Virus record (IMG/VR): IMGVR_UViG_2974538492_000001 | Span: 1 to 64,000 of that record | Origin: a virus | Lineage: Duplodnaviria; Heunggongvirae; Uroviricota; Caudoviricetes | Strand: one strand, 5' to 3' | DNA: 64,000 nt | Shown here: positions 24,519-33,976 of the stretch, piece after piece | Position numbering within the stretch: position 1 is the stretch's first letter | Layout: each line of letters opens with the position of its first letter | Translations under genes and position numbers: made by a program | The notes under the pieces: model-generated | What the model was told of the DNA's origin: nothing | What the model saw: the letters and a program-made list of their open reading frames with translations, nothing else | Databases searched by the model: none

Positions 24519-25192
24519 AATTGAGAAAAACTCTGGATGGCTTTGTTAAGCAAAGATGTTTAAAACCTGATCCTATCGAAAAGTAGATGGCAGATGAGTA
24601 TTCCATTCAGTACGAACAGCAAAAGAAACCCGTTAGAAGTACGTGCAGTCATACAAAGAGACATAAGACACTGAGATCACGGCAATGCGGCTGTATAAAG
24701 CATGACAGTACTACATAAGTTCATGCCTAGATAGACATATAGGATCGCACCTACCTAATGTATAAGGGAGTCAAAAAATGCGATTGATTTATTACAATAT
24801 AGATCCGTCCAGATTTTGACAAGTACTTAAGCTGTTCATGTAGCTTGAGTATTCAGTGTGGCAATGTATAAAACCACGACCGTTGTATAGAACCGCGATA
24901 GAAAGAAACAGGACAACCCGCTTTCACTCTTTTATAGAAATTCGTGACATGAAATTACTACGACTATCATCGTCAGTTTTTCTCCCCACCCGATGGGGGG
25001 ATGAAAATACATTAACAAATCTCGTCAGTATTATAAACAGAAGTACTATTCAGTACTATATTAATTAAGAAATTTAAATCACAAATGAACGTAGTGCAAA
25101 CGAAGTTCATAAGTGATTTACTGGAACATCGTAGATGTTCCTTGTATAAATGAGAATCGGCAAAGTACTGATTCTGTAACAGTGAGATATAA

Positions 25193-25720
25193 ATGAAGAT
25201 TGTATATAAATGCAAAGATACGGATCAAGTATTAACATCCGTAGATATGAGTACGTTTAATGGTTATATGATTCAAGTAGAAAACGGAAACAAAATTAGT
25301 AATATAACTGAATTAAGTAATAATTTTGTTCTTTCTAAAATTGAGTTAAGACCTACTAAAAAGCCACTCATACATAAAGTTGAATACAATGGTCATATAG
25401 AATACCGATACAACAATAATAATGTTAGTAGTGTTTATTATGAATTTAACAATAAAAAATACGGAGAGTATCAGAAGTATGATTTAAATGGAGTACTGTT
25501 GGATAGAATTTTTTATTTTGATGGTTTGGACATTACTACAGAAATTATGCAATTTATTGGTTATAAAAACGGGTTAACATCATTTAAAGATTATAAATTT
25601 AAAGAAGATGAACTGTTTAATATAATGATGAAGTACGGTTTTTATTTTAGATTTTGTAATGACTCGGAACGGGAAAGTTCTGATTTTGATCGTATTAATG
25701 AGTACTGTCAATACATATAA
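25193..25720 (+). CDS. Hypothetical protein, 175 aa
   Basis: First ORF after a ~670-nt ORF-poor stretch. Confidence 0.65.
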   Translation: MKIVYKCKDTDQVLTSVDMSTFNGYMIQVENGNKISNITELSNNFVLSKIELRPTKKPLIHKVEYNGHIEYRYNNNNVSSVYYEFNNKKYGEYQKYDLNGVLLDRIFYFDGLDITTEIMQFIGYKNGLTSFKDYKFKEDELFNIMMKYGFYFRFCNDSERESSDFDRINEYCQYI

Positions 25721-25728
25721 GGAAATAT

Positions 25729-26268
25729 ATGGAAGATAATGAAAAAGCTGCATCTGTTCATTTCAGTTCAGCTAGTAATACATGGGATACTCCTGATGAA
25801 TTTTATCAGAAGTTAAATGCTGCTTGGAATTTTACATTAGATCCAGCCGCAATGGATGAAACTGCAAAATGTAACAAGTACTACACTCCTGAAACTGATG
25901 GATTATCACATTCATGGAATGGTGAAACTGTATGGTGTAATCCTCCATATGGTAGAGAAATTAAAAATTGGTATAAGAAATTTGATGAAGAATTTAAGCA
26001 AAATGGTACTACTATTGTAGCACTACCACCAGCAAGAACTGACACTATCTATTTTCATAAGTATGTTAAAGATTCAGCTACTGCTATTTGTTTTGTTAAA
26101 GGTCGTTTGAAATTTGATAACAGAAATCTTCCATTATGGACAGAGGAAGGTTCTCATAAAAAGAATGGTGCACCTTTTCCTAGTATGATTGTAATATATG
26201 ATAATGATTTAACAAATGAAAAAATTAAAGTACTACAAGAACTAGGTTTAGTAGTACGTCCTTGGTAA
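25729..26268 (+). CDS. Phage-type DNA N6-adenine methyltransferase (Dam family, PF05869-like)
   Basis: WCNPPYG motif IV (NPPY); ALPPARTDTIYFHKYV and KGRLKFD segments typical of the phage Dam family. Confidence 0.8.
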   Translation: MEDNEKAASVHFSSASNTWDTPDEFYQKLNAAWNFTLDPAAMDETAKCNKYYTPETDGLSHSWNGETVWCNPPYGREIKNWYKKFDEEFKQNGTTIVALPPARTDTIYFHKYVKDSATAICFVKGRLKFDNRNLPLWTEEGSHKKNGAPFPSMIVIYDNDLTNEKIKVLQELGLVVRPW

Positions 26269-26828
26269 ATTTATATATGAAAAATACTTGTATAATGATG
26301 TACGGTAGAATGAATCCTGTACACTTAGGTCATAAAAACTTATTTGATCGCGGTAAGTACCTTATGGATTCAATACCTGATTCTGAATTTAGAATATACA
26401 TGAGTACTACACACGATAAAGATAAAAATCCAATTCCATATTATATTAAACGAAATATGTTAAATGATTATTTTCCTACTGTATTTCCATTTTTACAGGA
26501 TTCACAAGAAAGTACTTTATTTGGTACTTTAGAAAAGATTAATAAGGAATTTGATAATTTAATATTTTTATGTGGTAGTGATAGAGTTGAAAATTTTGAA
26601 AATATTATTTTCAAGTACAATCATTTACTATATGATTTTAATGTTATTAATATTGAATCGGTAGGTTGTGATAGAGAATATTGTAGGTATAGTTCTACTA
26701 ATATGAGACAAGCAATACGTGATAATAATTATGAAGATTTTTGTTCATTTCTTCCCAATCGTGGTGATGCATTGAATGAAAAATATTTTGAATATATTTC
26801 ACATTTTATAGGAGTAAACAACTATTGA
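26262..26828 (+). CDS. Cytidylyltransferase-like (HxGH) nucleotidyltransferase; possibly a NadM/NadR-type NMN adenylyltransferase paralog
   Basis: N-terminal MYGRMNPVHLGH matches the GRxxPxHxGH signature of the HIGH-family nucleotidyltransferases (compare GRFQMAHSGH in the gene at 50019). Confidence 0.55.
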   Translation: MVNLYMKNTCIMMYGRMNPVHLGHKNLFDRGKYLMDSIPDSEFRIYMSTTHDKDKNPIPYYIKRNMLNDYFPTVFPFLQDSQESTLFGTLEKINKEFDNLIFLCGSDRVENFENIIFKYNHLLYDFNVINIESVGCDREYCRYSSTNMRQAIRDNNYEDFCSFLPNRGDALNEKYFEYISHFIGVNNY

Positions 26829-27139
26829 TGATTTATAAATTAAACCAATTATTTTGGAATACTAATGAAAGTACTGGATATCGTCATGTAAGTATAGAAT
26901 ATAATAATCGTACATTAATGGCTGTAACGGCTCATAACGTGTCTGGAACGTGGACATCACGAGTGATACCTATGGGATTTTCTTTTGAACTGGATGAGGT
27001 ACAAGCGGTATCACGTGTGTTTGAATCACTACCATCATTGATGACATTTATGTGTTCAACCAATTTATCAGTTGAAGATATTCAAAATTTTCTGTTGACA
27101 ATACAACAAAACTACGATACACTCAGTAAACATATATAA
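26825..27139 (+). CDS. Hypothetical protein, 104 aa
   Basis: ATGA overlap. Confidence 0.6.
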   Translation: MMIYKLNQLFWNTNESTGYRHVSIEYNNRTLMAVTAHNVSGTWTSRVIPMGFSFELDEVQAVSRVFESLPSLMTFMCSTNLSVEDIQNFLLTIQQNYDTLSKHI

Positions 27140-27153
27140 AAAAAGAAGGTAAG

Positions 27154-27732
27154 TTGATGAGCAGTTTGATGACTAAAACATTTGCCAAGTACTTACGTTT
27201 AGGAATTACTCCTAGACCAGTGCGTGGTAATTGGAAAGATGGTGATTACATGTACAGTATCTATCATGATGAAGTACAGTACGCTATTGATGATATGGGC
27301 GATTACGAAATTGATTTAGATATTGAACATATATTAGAATGTTTAAATGCACGTGAAACCATAATTGATCGTAATCATGTAATTGTCAGAGAACTATATG
27401 AGCATTTTATGAGTGTATTTGACACTGATATTTGGGTTCGTGTCGGTATTGGGATGCAATTAAGTGTTGTGTTTGGTTCAGTACATGGTGAATTTGCAAC
27501 GTTCATGATGGATTTTGTTGATATGGATAAGTTCAATCAAATTGTTGCAGAAATAAGAGAAAAGATATTATCAGAAACTGATAAAGAACCTGAAATATTA
27601 CCATCTGAGTACTACACTTTAATTTTACACAATCGAGAAGACATTAAACTACTTGATGGGTATTTTAATTCTAAAGTACATGTGTACTTTATGGATGAAT
27701 TTGAAGATGATGATGATGATGATGACCAATAA
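27154..27732 (+). CDS. Hypothetical protein, 192 aa, with poly-Asp C-terminal tail (EDDDDDDDQ)
   Basis: RBS aaagaaggtaagttgATG. Confidence 0.7.
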   Translation: MMSSLMTKTFAKYLRLGITPRPVRGNWKDGDYMYSIYHDEVQYAIDDMGDYEIDLDIEHILECLNARETIIDRNHVIVRELYEHFMSVFDTDIWVRVGIGMQLSVVFGSVHGEFATFMMDFVDMDKFNQIVAEIREKILSETDKEPEILPSEYYTLILHNREDIKLLDGYFNSKVHVYFMDEFEDDDDDDDQ

Positions 27733-27749
27733 AAACTAAGGCAAATAAA

Positions 27750-28454
27750 ATGCAAAAAACTGATTATTCCAAATTACGTACTAAAATTTTAGGAATTATT
27801 GAAGGTTTAACAATGACAGATTCAAAGTACTTTGATTTACGAAAAGTACTTATTTATGCTGAAGGAATTCATCACTATACTCGTCGTGATGGTTCTCCTG
27901 AATTCTCTCATCAACTTGAGATGTTAAGCTTAGCACTTAGTTTACACAATTCATTGATTAAACCATTTGAAGTTTATATGGCAATTATTGTGCATGATAC
28001 TATTGAAGATTATCCTGAAAAATCTGAAGAACTTCATTCAATGTTTCCTGATATTGCTCAATATAGTCGTAAATTATCTAAGTTTGTTGATAGTGATAAT
28101 AATGAAGATGAAAAAACATATTATAGATATTTTGATAATATTAGTAAATGTGAAGTATGTTCAGTTGTAAAATTAATTGACCGTATTCATAATTTAAGTA
28201 CTGCACCTGGTGTATTCAGTAATACTAAGATTAGTGAATATTGTGATGAAGTTGATACTTATTTTCTTTGTATGATGCATATAGCAAAAAGTAATTTCAA
28301 TCAACGTGAAGTATATGAAGTACTTAAATTTATTCTTCAAAATGAAGTACGTACAATTCGTACATTTTTACGAATAGCAACAAATATAGAACAACAAAAA
28401 ACTATTTCTGCAAGTGAACTAGTTAATCGTTTAAAAGGAAATTCGAGTAAATGA
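27750..28454 (+). CDS. Small alarmone hydrolase: RelA/SpoT-type HD-domain (p)ppGpp/(p)ppApp pyrophosphohydrolase
   Basis: HQLEM...AIIVHDTIEDYPE resembles the SpoT/Mesh1 HD motif (H...LLHDvvEDT); KLIDRIHNLSTA resembles KLADRLHNMRTL. Confidence 0.8.
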   Translation: MQKTDYSKLRTKILGIIEGLTMTDSKYFDLRKVLIYAEGIHHYTRRDGSPEFSHQLEMLSLALSLHNSLIKPFEVYMAIIVHDTIEDYPEKSEELHSMFPDIAQYSRKLSKFVDSDNNEDEKTYYRYFDNISKCEVCSVVKLIDRIHNLSTAPGVFSNTKISEYCDEVDTYFLCMMHIAKSNFNQREVYEVLKFILQNEVRTIRTFLRIATNIEQQKTISASELVNRLKGNSSK

Positions 28455-29515
28455 GTTTTGAAAAACAACGTAATATAATTACCCGCACACTTGGTGAAGA
28501 CAATATTCGTCTATTAAAAATGACCAATGCTATTCTTGCTGGTGGAGCAATTACTTCTATTTTTAGTGGTAAAGAAATTAATGATTTTGACATTTACTTT
28601 CGTAAAGTAGAAGATTTGCTTGCTTTTGTTCGCAATGCTTATTGTGATGAAGAACATTTAACAGATGAATTATTTGCTGAATTAGCACCCTTCTCATTAA
28701 TATGCACGAGTTATACTACTCGTAGTATTACATTTAATAATGATAATAACTTAAAAATTCAATTAATTCATTTTGATTATTTTGACACCATTCAACAAAT
28801 TTTTGACAGTTATGATTTCCACCACAACATGGGTGCATATGATTTTAGTACTGATGAATTTGTACTAGATGACCATTTCTTAACTGATATTGCTCAACGT
28901 AGACTTACTTTTAATGATGGTACTAAGTATCCAATTATGAGTACTTTGAGAGTTTCAAAATATATTGATCGTGGTTATGTAATTTCAAAGAAAGAAATGT
29001 TTAAAATTGCATTATCTGTTTCTAGATTAGATATACAAACATGGGATGAACTTGAAGATCAGTTAAGTGGTTTTTATGGTGTTGATATTTCAAAAATGTT
29101 TGATAGAACTGAAGAGTTTAGTTTAGAAAGTGCTATTGGTATGTTAGATAAAGTGGAAGAAATTCCCGAACAAGAAAATAATATACATCCTACGTTAAAC
29201 GATCTATTGTTTAATATTATTGGATCACCTTATACTACACAACGTATTTTCTTTAAGACTGTCATTTTAGATGGTATTAATTATGTTTCTACTACTTCAA
29301 ACGACATATTTACATTAGATACAGTACTACAATGTAATAACATGTGTGTTAGTGGGACAATTAATGAAACTCGTAACAACAGATATTTGTTTGGAGCAAA
29401 TAGCCAAATTGCAATATTACAATTACTTGATGGTAATGTTTCAATGAGAGCTAATGATTTAGTACTAAATGGTACAGTTAAATTATTAGCTATAAAAGAT
29501 ATGAATGAGGTTTAA
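28451..29515 (+). CDS. Putative Pol-beta-fold nucleotidyltransferase, 354 aa, translationally coupled to the alarmone hydrolase
   Basis: ATGA overlap with 27750..28454; LAGGAITSIFSGKEINDFDIYF fits the G[GS]-x9-13-DxD minimal nucleotidyltransferase signature; the rest is unrecognised. Confidence 0.45.
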   Translation: MSFEKQRNIITRTLGEDNIRLLKMTNAILAGGAITSIFSGKEINDFDIYFRKVEDLLAFVRNAYCDEEHLTDELFAELAPFSLICTSYTTRSITFNNDNNLKIQLIHFDYFDTIQQIFDSYDFHHNMGAYDFSTDEFVLDDHFLTDIAQRRLTFNDGTKYPIMSTLRVSKYIDRGYVISKKEMFKIALSVSRLDIQTWDELEDQLSGFYGVDISKMFDRTEEFSLESAIGMLDKVEEIPEQENNIHPTLNDLLFNIIGSPYTTQRIFFKTVILDGINYVSTTSNDIFTLDTVLQCNNMCVSGTINETRNNRYLFGANSQIAILQLLDGNVSMRANDLVLNGTVKLLAIKDMNEV

Positions 29516-29517
29516 TA

Positions 29518-29676
29518 ATGTGGTATTTGGAAATAAGTATAGATAATTCTGAAACATCTTACGAAGTGGTGTTTACTGGATTATATCATACAGAACAGGA
29601 AGCAAAGAAAGAAAGTAGTGAATGGTTTAGGGGTTTAAAGATTATTAAATTCGTACCAATTTATACTAAAGAATGA
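29518..29676 (+). CDS. Small hypothetical protein, 52 aa (MWYLEISIDNSETSYEVVFTGLYHTEQEAKKESSEWFRGLKIIKFVPIYTKE)
   Basis: Not in the ORF track; TAATAATG coupling to the previous stop. Confidence 0.4.
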   Translation: MWYLEISIDNSETSYEVVFTGLYHTEQEAKKESSEWFRGLKIIKFVPIYTKE

Positions 29677-29725
29677 CAATTTAAGGGAGTAGTGTAGCAA
29701 GTTTATTCACAAGGAGTGTGGAGCG

Positions 29726-30457
29726 ATGGTAGATCGTATTAAATTTGCAACTGAAATGGCGAACGAATTGAACATGGCTAATTTTCAGTCTTTAACATCC
29801 GTAATGGCAGAATACGCAACTGCTGGTGCGGTCGATGGTGTTCAATGTGGTCAAGCTAATATGTTAGCTGATGTATACAGTACTTTAAATAGTACTCAAT
29901 ATTCAGTAAAAACATATAAAGATGATTTTGTTTCGTTATATATGAACGGTGTAGTTAAAGATGAACGTAGATATACTGATCCAATTATTGAACGTAGAGT
30001 AGCAGGTGTATCAGATCCTAACGGTGATCCGGTTATTGTACTTCAAGAAGTACTTCAAGATATTCGTGATAATGAAAATAAAAGTAAAAGTCATTATGGT
30101 GTTAATAACACTGAAACGATTTTACTAGGATATAGTGAAGATGAACAGTTTTATTACTTTAGATTATCTGAAATGCCTTATGTGTATGAACAACCTGTTA
30201 TAGTAGATGTGAAGTATTTCACGGATCGTAGCAAGAACTTTAATAAACATGATGGTAACCGTACATCAATTGTTGGTTTTAATGAGGATGGTATTCAAAT
30301 TTATGAATGGGTACATCCTAATAATCAAACATACACGAGATGTTTGAAGAAGCGTTATTGTTTAGAAGATGCTGATTCATTCTATTTCAAAATAGAAAAA
30401 CAATCATATTCACGTCCTGATAATTCAGTACTCATGGGTATGGTTCATATTTGTTAA
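29726..30457 (+). CDS. Hypothetical protein, 243 aa
   Basis: RBS caaggagtgtggagcgATG. Confidence 0.75.
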   Translation: MVDRIKFATEMANELNMANFQSLTSVMAEYATAGAVDGVQCGQANMLADVYSTLNSTQYSVKTYKDDFVSLYMNGVVKDERRYTDPIIERRVAGVSDPNGDPVIVLQEVLQDIRDNENKSKSHYGVNNTETILLGYSEDEQFYYFRLSEMPYVYEQPVIVDVKYFTDRSKNFNKHDGNRTSIVGFNEDGIQIYEWVHPNNQTYTRCLKKRYCLEDADSFYFKIEKQSYSRPDNSVLMGMVHIC

Positions 30458-30461
30458 CTAA

Positions 30462-30490
30462 ATTGCCCTGATTTTATCGGGGCATTATTT
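30462..30490 (+). terminator. Rho-independent terminator
   Basis: ttGCCCtGAttttaTCgGGGCattatttta. Confidence 0.5.
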
Positions 30491-30502
30491 TAAGGAAAGT
30501 TA

Positions 30503-30796
30503 ATGATAGATTTAAACAACACCGATTACGTTACGATATTAATAGAAGCTTCAAAAATTTTAGATGGAACTTTAGTACAGAAACCTACGGGTGAGGTAAT
30601 TTATACCTTAGAAACTAGAAAACCAAATAAAAATTACATTTACAATGATTGGGGAAGATATGATAAAGATAATGGTATGGTTTACTTGAAACATGACAAT
30701 GGGGTATACTATTCATATCCAAAGAATAGGATGTTAAAAGTGACGATTTACAAGTACGATTTACAAAAATATATTGATGAAACGTGTGAATATTGA
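30503..30796 (+). CDS. Hypothetical protein, 97 aa
   Basis: RBS ttaaggaaagttaATG. Confidence 0.65.
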   Translation: MIDLNNTDYVTILIEASKILDGTLVQKPTGEVIYTLETRKPNKNYIYNDWGRYDKDNGMVYLKHDNGVYYSYPKNRMLKVTIYKYDLQKYIDETCEY

Positions 30797-30855
30797 TTGA
30801 CATTATTAAAATCTTAAAGTACACTATCAATCTGATTAATTATGAGGTTAACTTT

Positions 30856-31122
30856 ATGTATGCAATATATAGCTTTGAAGATTTGACTTATCATCATGAT
30901 TTTAGCTTGATCAAAAAGGGATTTAGTGATATGGAAACGGCAGAATCATTCAAAGCTGAACTTGAGTCTGGACGTTTTTCATCTGAATATCTAGCTGAAT
31001 TAGTTGTATGCAAAGAACTAAAAACTCATGATAACGAAGAATCTAACATCGGATTTGATAAAGAAGATATGATGGAAGATTATATTGAATTGGTTCACAA
31101 ATATTTTGGAGATGTAAAATGA
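30856..31122 (+). CDS. Hypothetical acidic protein, ~88 aa
   Basis: Internal ATG at 30856 with RBS ttatgaggttaactttATG, preferred over the ORF track start at 30793. Confidence 0.55.
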   Translation: MYAIYSFEDLTYHHDFSLIKKGFSDMETAESFKAELESGRFSSEYLAELVVCKELKTHDNEESNIGFDKEDMMEDYIELVHKYFGDVK

Positions 31123-32279
31123 ATACTGAAGTTATTTTTAATGATCTAATGAACTTAACGGCAACAAATGATGCCTTTATGTGGAAGGATTTTAAATCTG
31201 TTGGTGGTGGAAACTTCCGTATTTTTACATACCGCCTTGCAAGTTATACTGATTTTTTATCACCAAGTGCATTAGAATGTCGTGGTACAATGTTTGAGAT
31301 TTCTAAACATGATCATGATACTGGTTCATATCTTCGTGTAGCATCAAGAACTCCACAAAAGTTCTTTAATGCTTATGAAAACCCATTTACTATGTATGAT
31401 AAAACTACATTGAGTTCAGAAATTTCGGTTGTAATGGATAAACTTGATGGTTCTATTATTAGTACTTTTATGGATGTTGATTTTGTAGTACGTACTAAAT
31501 CACATGGATCGTTAGATTCTGAACATGCATATAATAGTACTGCACTGTTACATAAAGATAAAGAATTCTATGAAGAAGTATTTCAAGCAGAAATGTTCGG
31601 ATATACAGTAAACATGGAATATACTTCACCGGAATTTCGTATTGTTCTTCCTTATCAAGAAGATGATTTAACGGTATTGAATTTACGGCATCGTGCTAAT
31701 GGATCTTTGTTGATTGGTAAAGAATTAGAGGCTCAATTCCCATTACTTTATGCACGTTCTGTATTTGCAAAGTACGGTGAAATTGATAGTACTTTTCCAA
31801 TGCATGAAACATTATATGATAGTATTGAAGCTGTTCGTACTATGACTGATATTGAGGGTTATGTATTGATCCTTAATGATGGTCGTATGTGTAAGATTAA
31901 GACTGACTGGTATAGTGCATTACATTTTACAAAAGATAGTATTAATGTTGATTCACGTTTATATGAAGCAGTTATTGCTGGTGGTTCAGATGATTTAAAA
32001 CAATTATTTGGTACTGATCCTTATAGTCTTAAAAAGATCGAAAAAATGGAACAGCTTGTTTTTTCTTGCTATAATAAGTTAGTACATGATGTTGAAACGT
32101 TCGTAGAAGCGAACAAACACATGGAACGAAAAGACTATGCGTTAAAAGTTCAGGCTGAATTGCCTAATGAACTTGGTAAACCAGGTCTAGCATTTAATCT
32201 TTATAATTCTAAGCCCGTAGATTATAAAAACACTATGCTAAAATATATGAAGGATGTTCTTAAAGAATTCGAAGTTTAA
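31119..32279 (+). CDS. rnlA: RNA ligase 1 (T4 gp63/RnlA family)
   Basis: RIFTYRLASYTDFLSPSALECRGTMFE matches the T4 RnlA segment [27 protein letters not shown]; the lysine-containing segment MDKLDGSIIST sits where the adenylation nucleotidyltransferase motif is expected; GYVLILNDGRMCKIKTDWY matches GYVAVMKDGSHFKIKSDWY. Confidence 0.9.
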   Translation: MNTEVIFNDLMNLTATNDAFMWKDFKSVGGGNFRIFTYRLASYTDFLSPSALECRGTMFEISKHDHDTGSYLRVASRTPQKFFNAYENPFTMYDKTTLSSEISVVMDKLDGSIISTFMDVDFVVRTKSHGSLDSEHAYNSTALLHKDKEFYEEVFQAEMFGYTVNMEYTSPEFRIVLPYQEDDLTVLNLRHRANGSLLIGKELEAQFPLLYARSVFAKYGEIDSTFPMHETLYDSIEAVRTMTDIEGYVLILNDGRMCKIKTDWYSALHFTKDSINVDSRLYEAVIAGGSDDLKQLFGTDPYSLKKIEKMEQLVFSCYNKLVHDVETFVEANKHMERKDYALKVQAELPNELGKPGLAFNLYNSKPVDYKNTMLKYMKDVLKEFEV

Positions 32280-32308
32280 GGACATTTATAGCCTAACAAG
32301 GAGTAGTG

Positions 32309-32545
32309 ATGGCTAAACCGAAATATAATTCAAAAAAGGGCGATGTACGAACACCTGAAGAACATAGAAAAATACTACAAGAAATAGACGCTGTGCAAAG
32401 TGAACGCTCAAGGAAAGGGGTTGCTAAAAGTGCAAAGCGTCTAAAAAATACTTTAGGTATTAGCAGTACTATGTATAAAAAGGAACGTAAGCCTAAAAAT
32501 ACCAAACCAAAGATTTATGATTTAGGAAGATACGCACGTGAGTAA
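32309..32545 (+). CDS. Small Lys/Arg-rich basic protein, ~78 aa
   Basis: RBS caaggagtagtgATG (the ORF track starts at the GTG at 32306). Confidence 0.55.
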   Translation: MAKPKYNSKKGDVRTPEEHRKILQEIDAVQSERSRKGVAKSAKRLKNTLGISSTMYKKERKPKNTKPKIYDLGRYARE

Positions 32546-32765
32546 TATCCAAACAATAGAACTAGTTAAAGTTGTATATAAAGATCGTGAGTTTTTTCTT
32601 ATACCTGCATCAGCACCGCTTTCCTATTCAGAAAAAAATGAAATGGTAAGTTATGTTAGAGATATTGGTGATGTTGCATTTATTGTTGATGATGAAGTGT
32701 ACTTCGATGAAGGAGCTAACTTCAACTTAACAATGAAGTACTGTAACAAATACGTTTTCATTTAA
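32538..32765 (+). CDS. Hypothetical protein, 75 aa
   Basis: Overlapping start. Confidence 0.55.
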   Translation: MSNIQTIELVKVVYKDREFFLIPASAPLSYSEKNEMVSYVRDIGDVAFIVDDEVYFDEGANFNLTMKYCNKYVFI

Positions 32766-32777
32766 AAGGAGATTTCC

Positions 32778-33002
32778 ATGAAAGTAGAAGTTCAACACAG
32801 TATTGTACAAGACATGTCGGTAGTTAAGTTTTTATCTTTAAAAGATTATCACCGAGCACTTGACTTTTTAGACAAGAATGGGTTATCATGGACACCTCTT
32901 AAATATAGTTCTCGATTAGACACGGCGAGTATTCGTGTATCAGAGCATGTATTAACAATAATCACTGATAAATTTGGAATAGGAAAATCATGCCAACATT
33001 AA
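32778..33002 (+). CDS. Hypothetical protein, 74 aa
   Basis: RBS aaaggagatttccATG. Confidence 0.65.
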   Translation: MKVEVQHSIVQDMSVVKFLSLKDYHRALDFLDKNGLSWTPLKYSSRLDTASIRVSEHVLTIITDKFGIGKSCQH

Positions 33003-33916
33003 CATTAACAGTTGGATTACCAGGATGTGGTAAAACCACATGGGCGAATGAGCAAGTTCGAACATCACGGTCTAAAACCGTGAATGTAAACCTTGATGAT
33101 GTTCGCCAAACAATGGCAGGTTCACATAGTAATTACAAGTTCCGCAAAGACAACGAACAGTACGTGCAAAACGCTCAGTACAGTGCAGCAGAACATGCAG
33201 CAGTTAATGGTTGGAATATCATTGTATCAGATACAAATTTAAACCCAACTGTTCGCAATAAGTGGAAAGAATTTGCTAAAAAATATAATTACACTTACAA
33301 AGAACATAGCTTCTTAGAAGAATATAAAAAAGATAAAACTTTCGAACATAATTTCTTTGCAGTGAAAGGGTTTGTTAAACAATGTAAAGAACGTAACCTT
33401 TTGCGTGAAAAATCAGTACCAGAAGATGTAATTGATGGAATGGCTGAAAAGTACTTCTATAATACAATGAAAGTTGAAACTTCAACGGTATTTGATTTGG
33501 AAGACGTAATCATTGTTGATATCGATGGTACTCTTGCACATATGGATGGTAAACGTGGTCCATATGAAGAAAACAAAGTACTATTAGATACTCCAGATTC
33601 TGAAGTAATTCTTTCAGTACTGGCTGAAAAGAACTATCTAGGTCGTAAAGTAATCGTCATGAGTGGTCGTCATGTAACTTGCCAAGAAGATACAGAAGCA
33701 TGGTTACAGAAGTACGGAGTACCATATGATCATATCTTCATGCGTAAAGCTGATGACAATCGTTCTGATGATATTGTGAAGTACGAGCTTTACATGGAAC
33801 ACGTACACAACAAATACAACGTTGCGAAAATCTATGATGATCGTGATCAAGTATGTTTCATGTGGCGGCATCTATTAGGTCTTAAAGTATTACAAGTTGC
33901 TGAAGGTAACTTTTAA
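32990..33916 (+). CDS. pseT: Polynucleotide 5'-kinase/3'-phosphatase (T4 PseT/Pnk family)
   Basis: P-loop GLPGCGKTTWA; phosphatase-domain DIDGTLAHMDGKRGPYE (DxDGT) and C-terminal DDRDQVCFMWRHLLGLKVLQVAEGNF, co-linear with T4 Pnk. Confidence 0.9.
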   Translation: MPTLTLTVGLPGCGKTTWANEQVRTSRSKTVNVNLDDVRQTMAGSHSNYKFRKDNEQYVQNAQYSAAEHAAVNGWNIIVSDTNLNPTVRNKWKEFAKKYNYTYKEHSFLEEYKKDKTFEHNFFAVKGFVKQCKERNLLREKSVPEDVIDGMAEKYFYNTMKVETSTVFDLEDVIIVDIDGTLAHMDGKRGPYEENKVLLDTPDSEVILSVLAEKNYLGRKVIVMSGRHVTCQEDTEAWLQKYGVPYDHIFMRKADDNRSDDIVKYELYMEHVHNKYNVAKIYDDRDQVCFMWRHLLGLKVLQVAEGNF

Positions 33917-33944
33917 TAATCAGTAGGGGATATAAAAATATCCC
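33915..33944 (+). terminator. Rho-independent terminator
   Basis: gtAGGGGATATaaaaATATCCCCTatttttaa. Confidence 0.7.
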
Positions 33945-33976
33945 CTATTTTTAATTAATAAAATAAGGAGTTTAAC

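Noticed and set aside
24856-25068. 70-aa ORF in the ORF-poor island
   Set aside because: It has an Arg/Thr-rich unusual composition and no RBS, and lies in a region whose base composition differs from coding neighbours. It is more likely non-coding or a pseudogene remnant, and is kept only inside the finding on that region.
27967-28170. 67-aa alternative-frame ORF inside the alarmone hydrolase gene
   Set aside because: It is out of frame within a gene that has clear HD-domain motifs.
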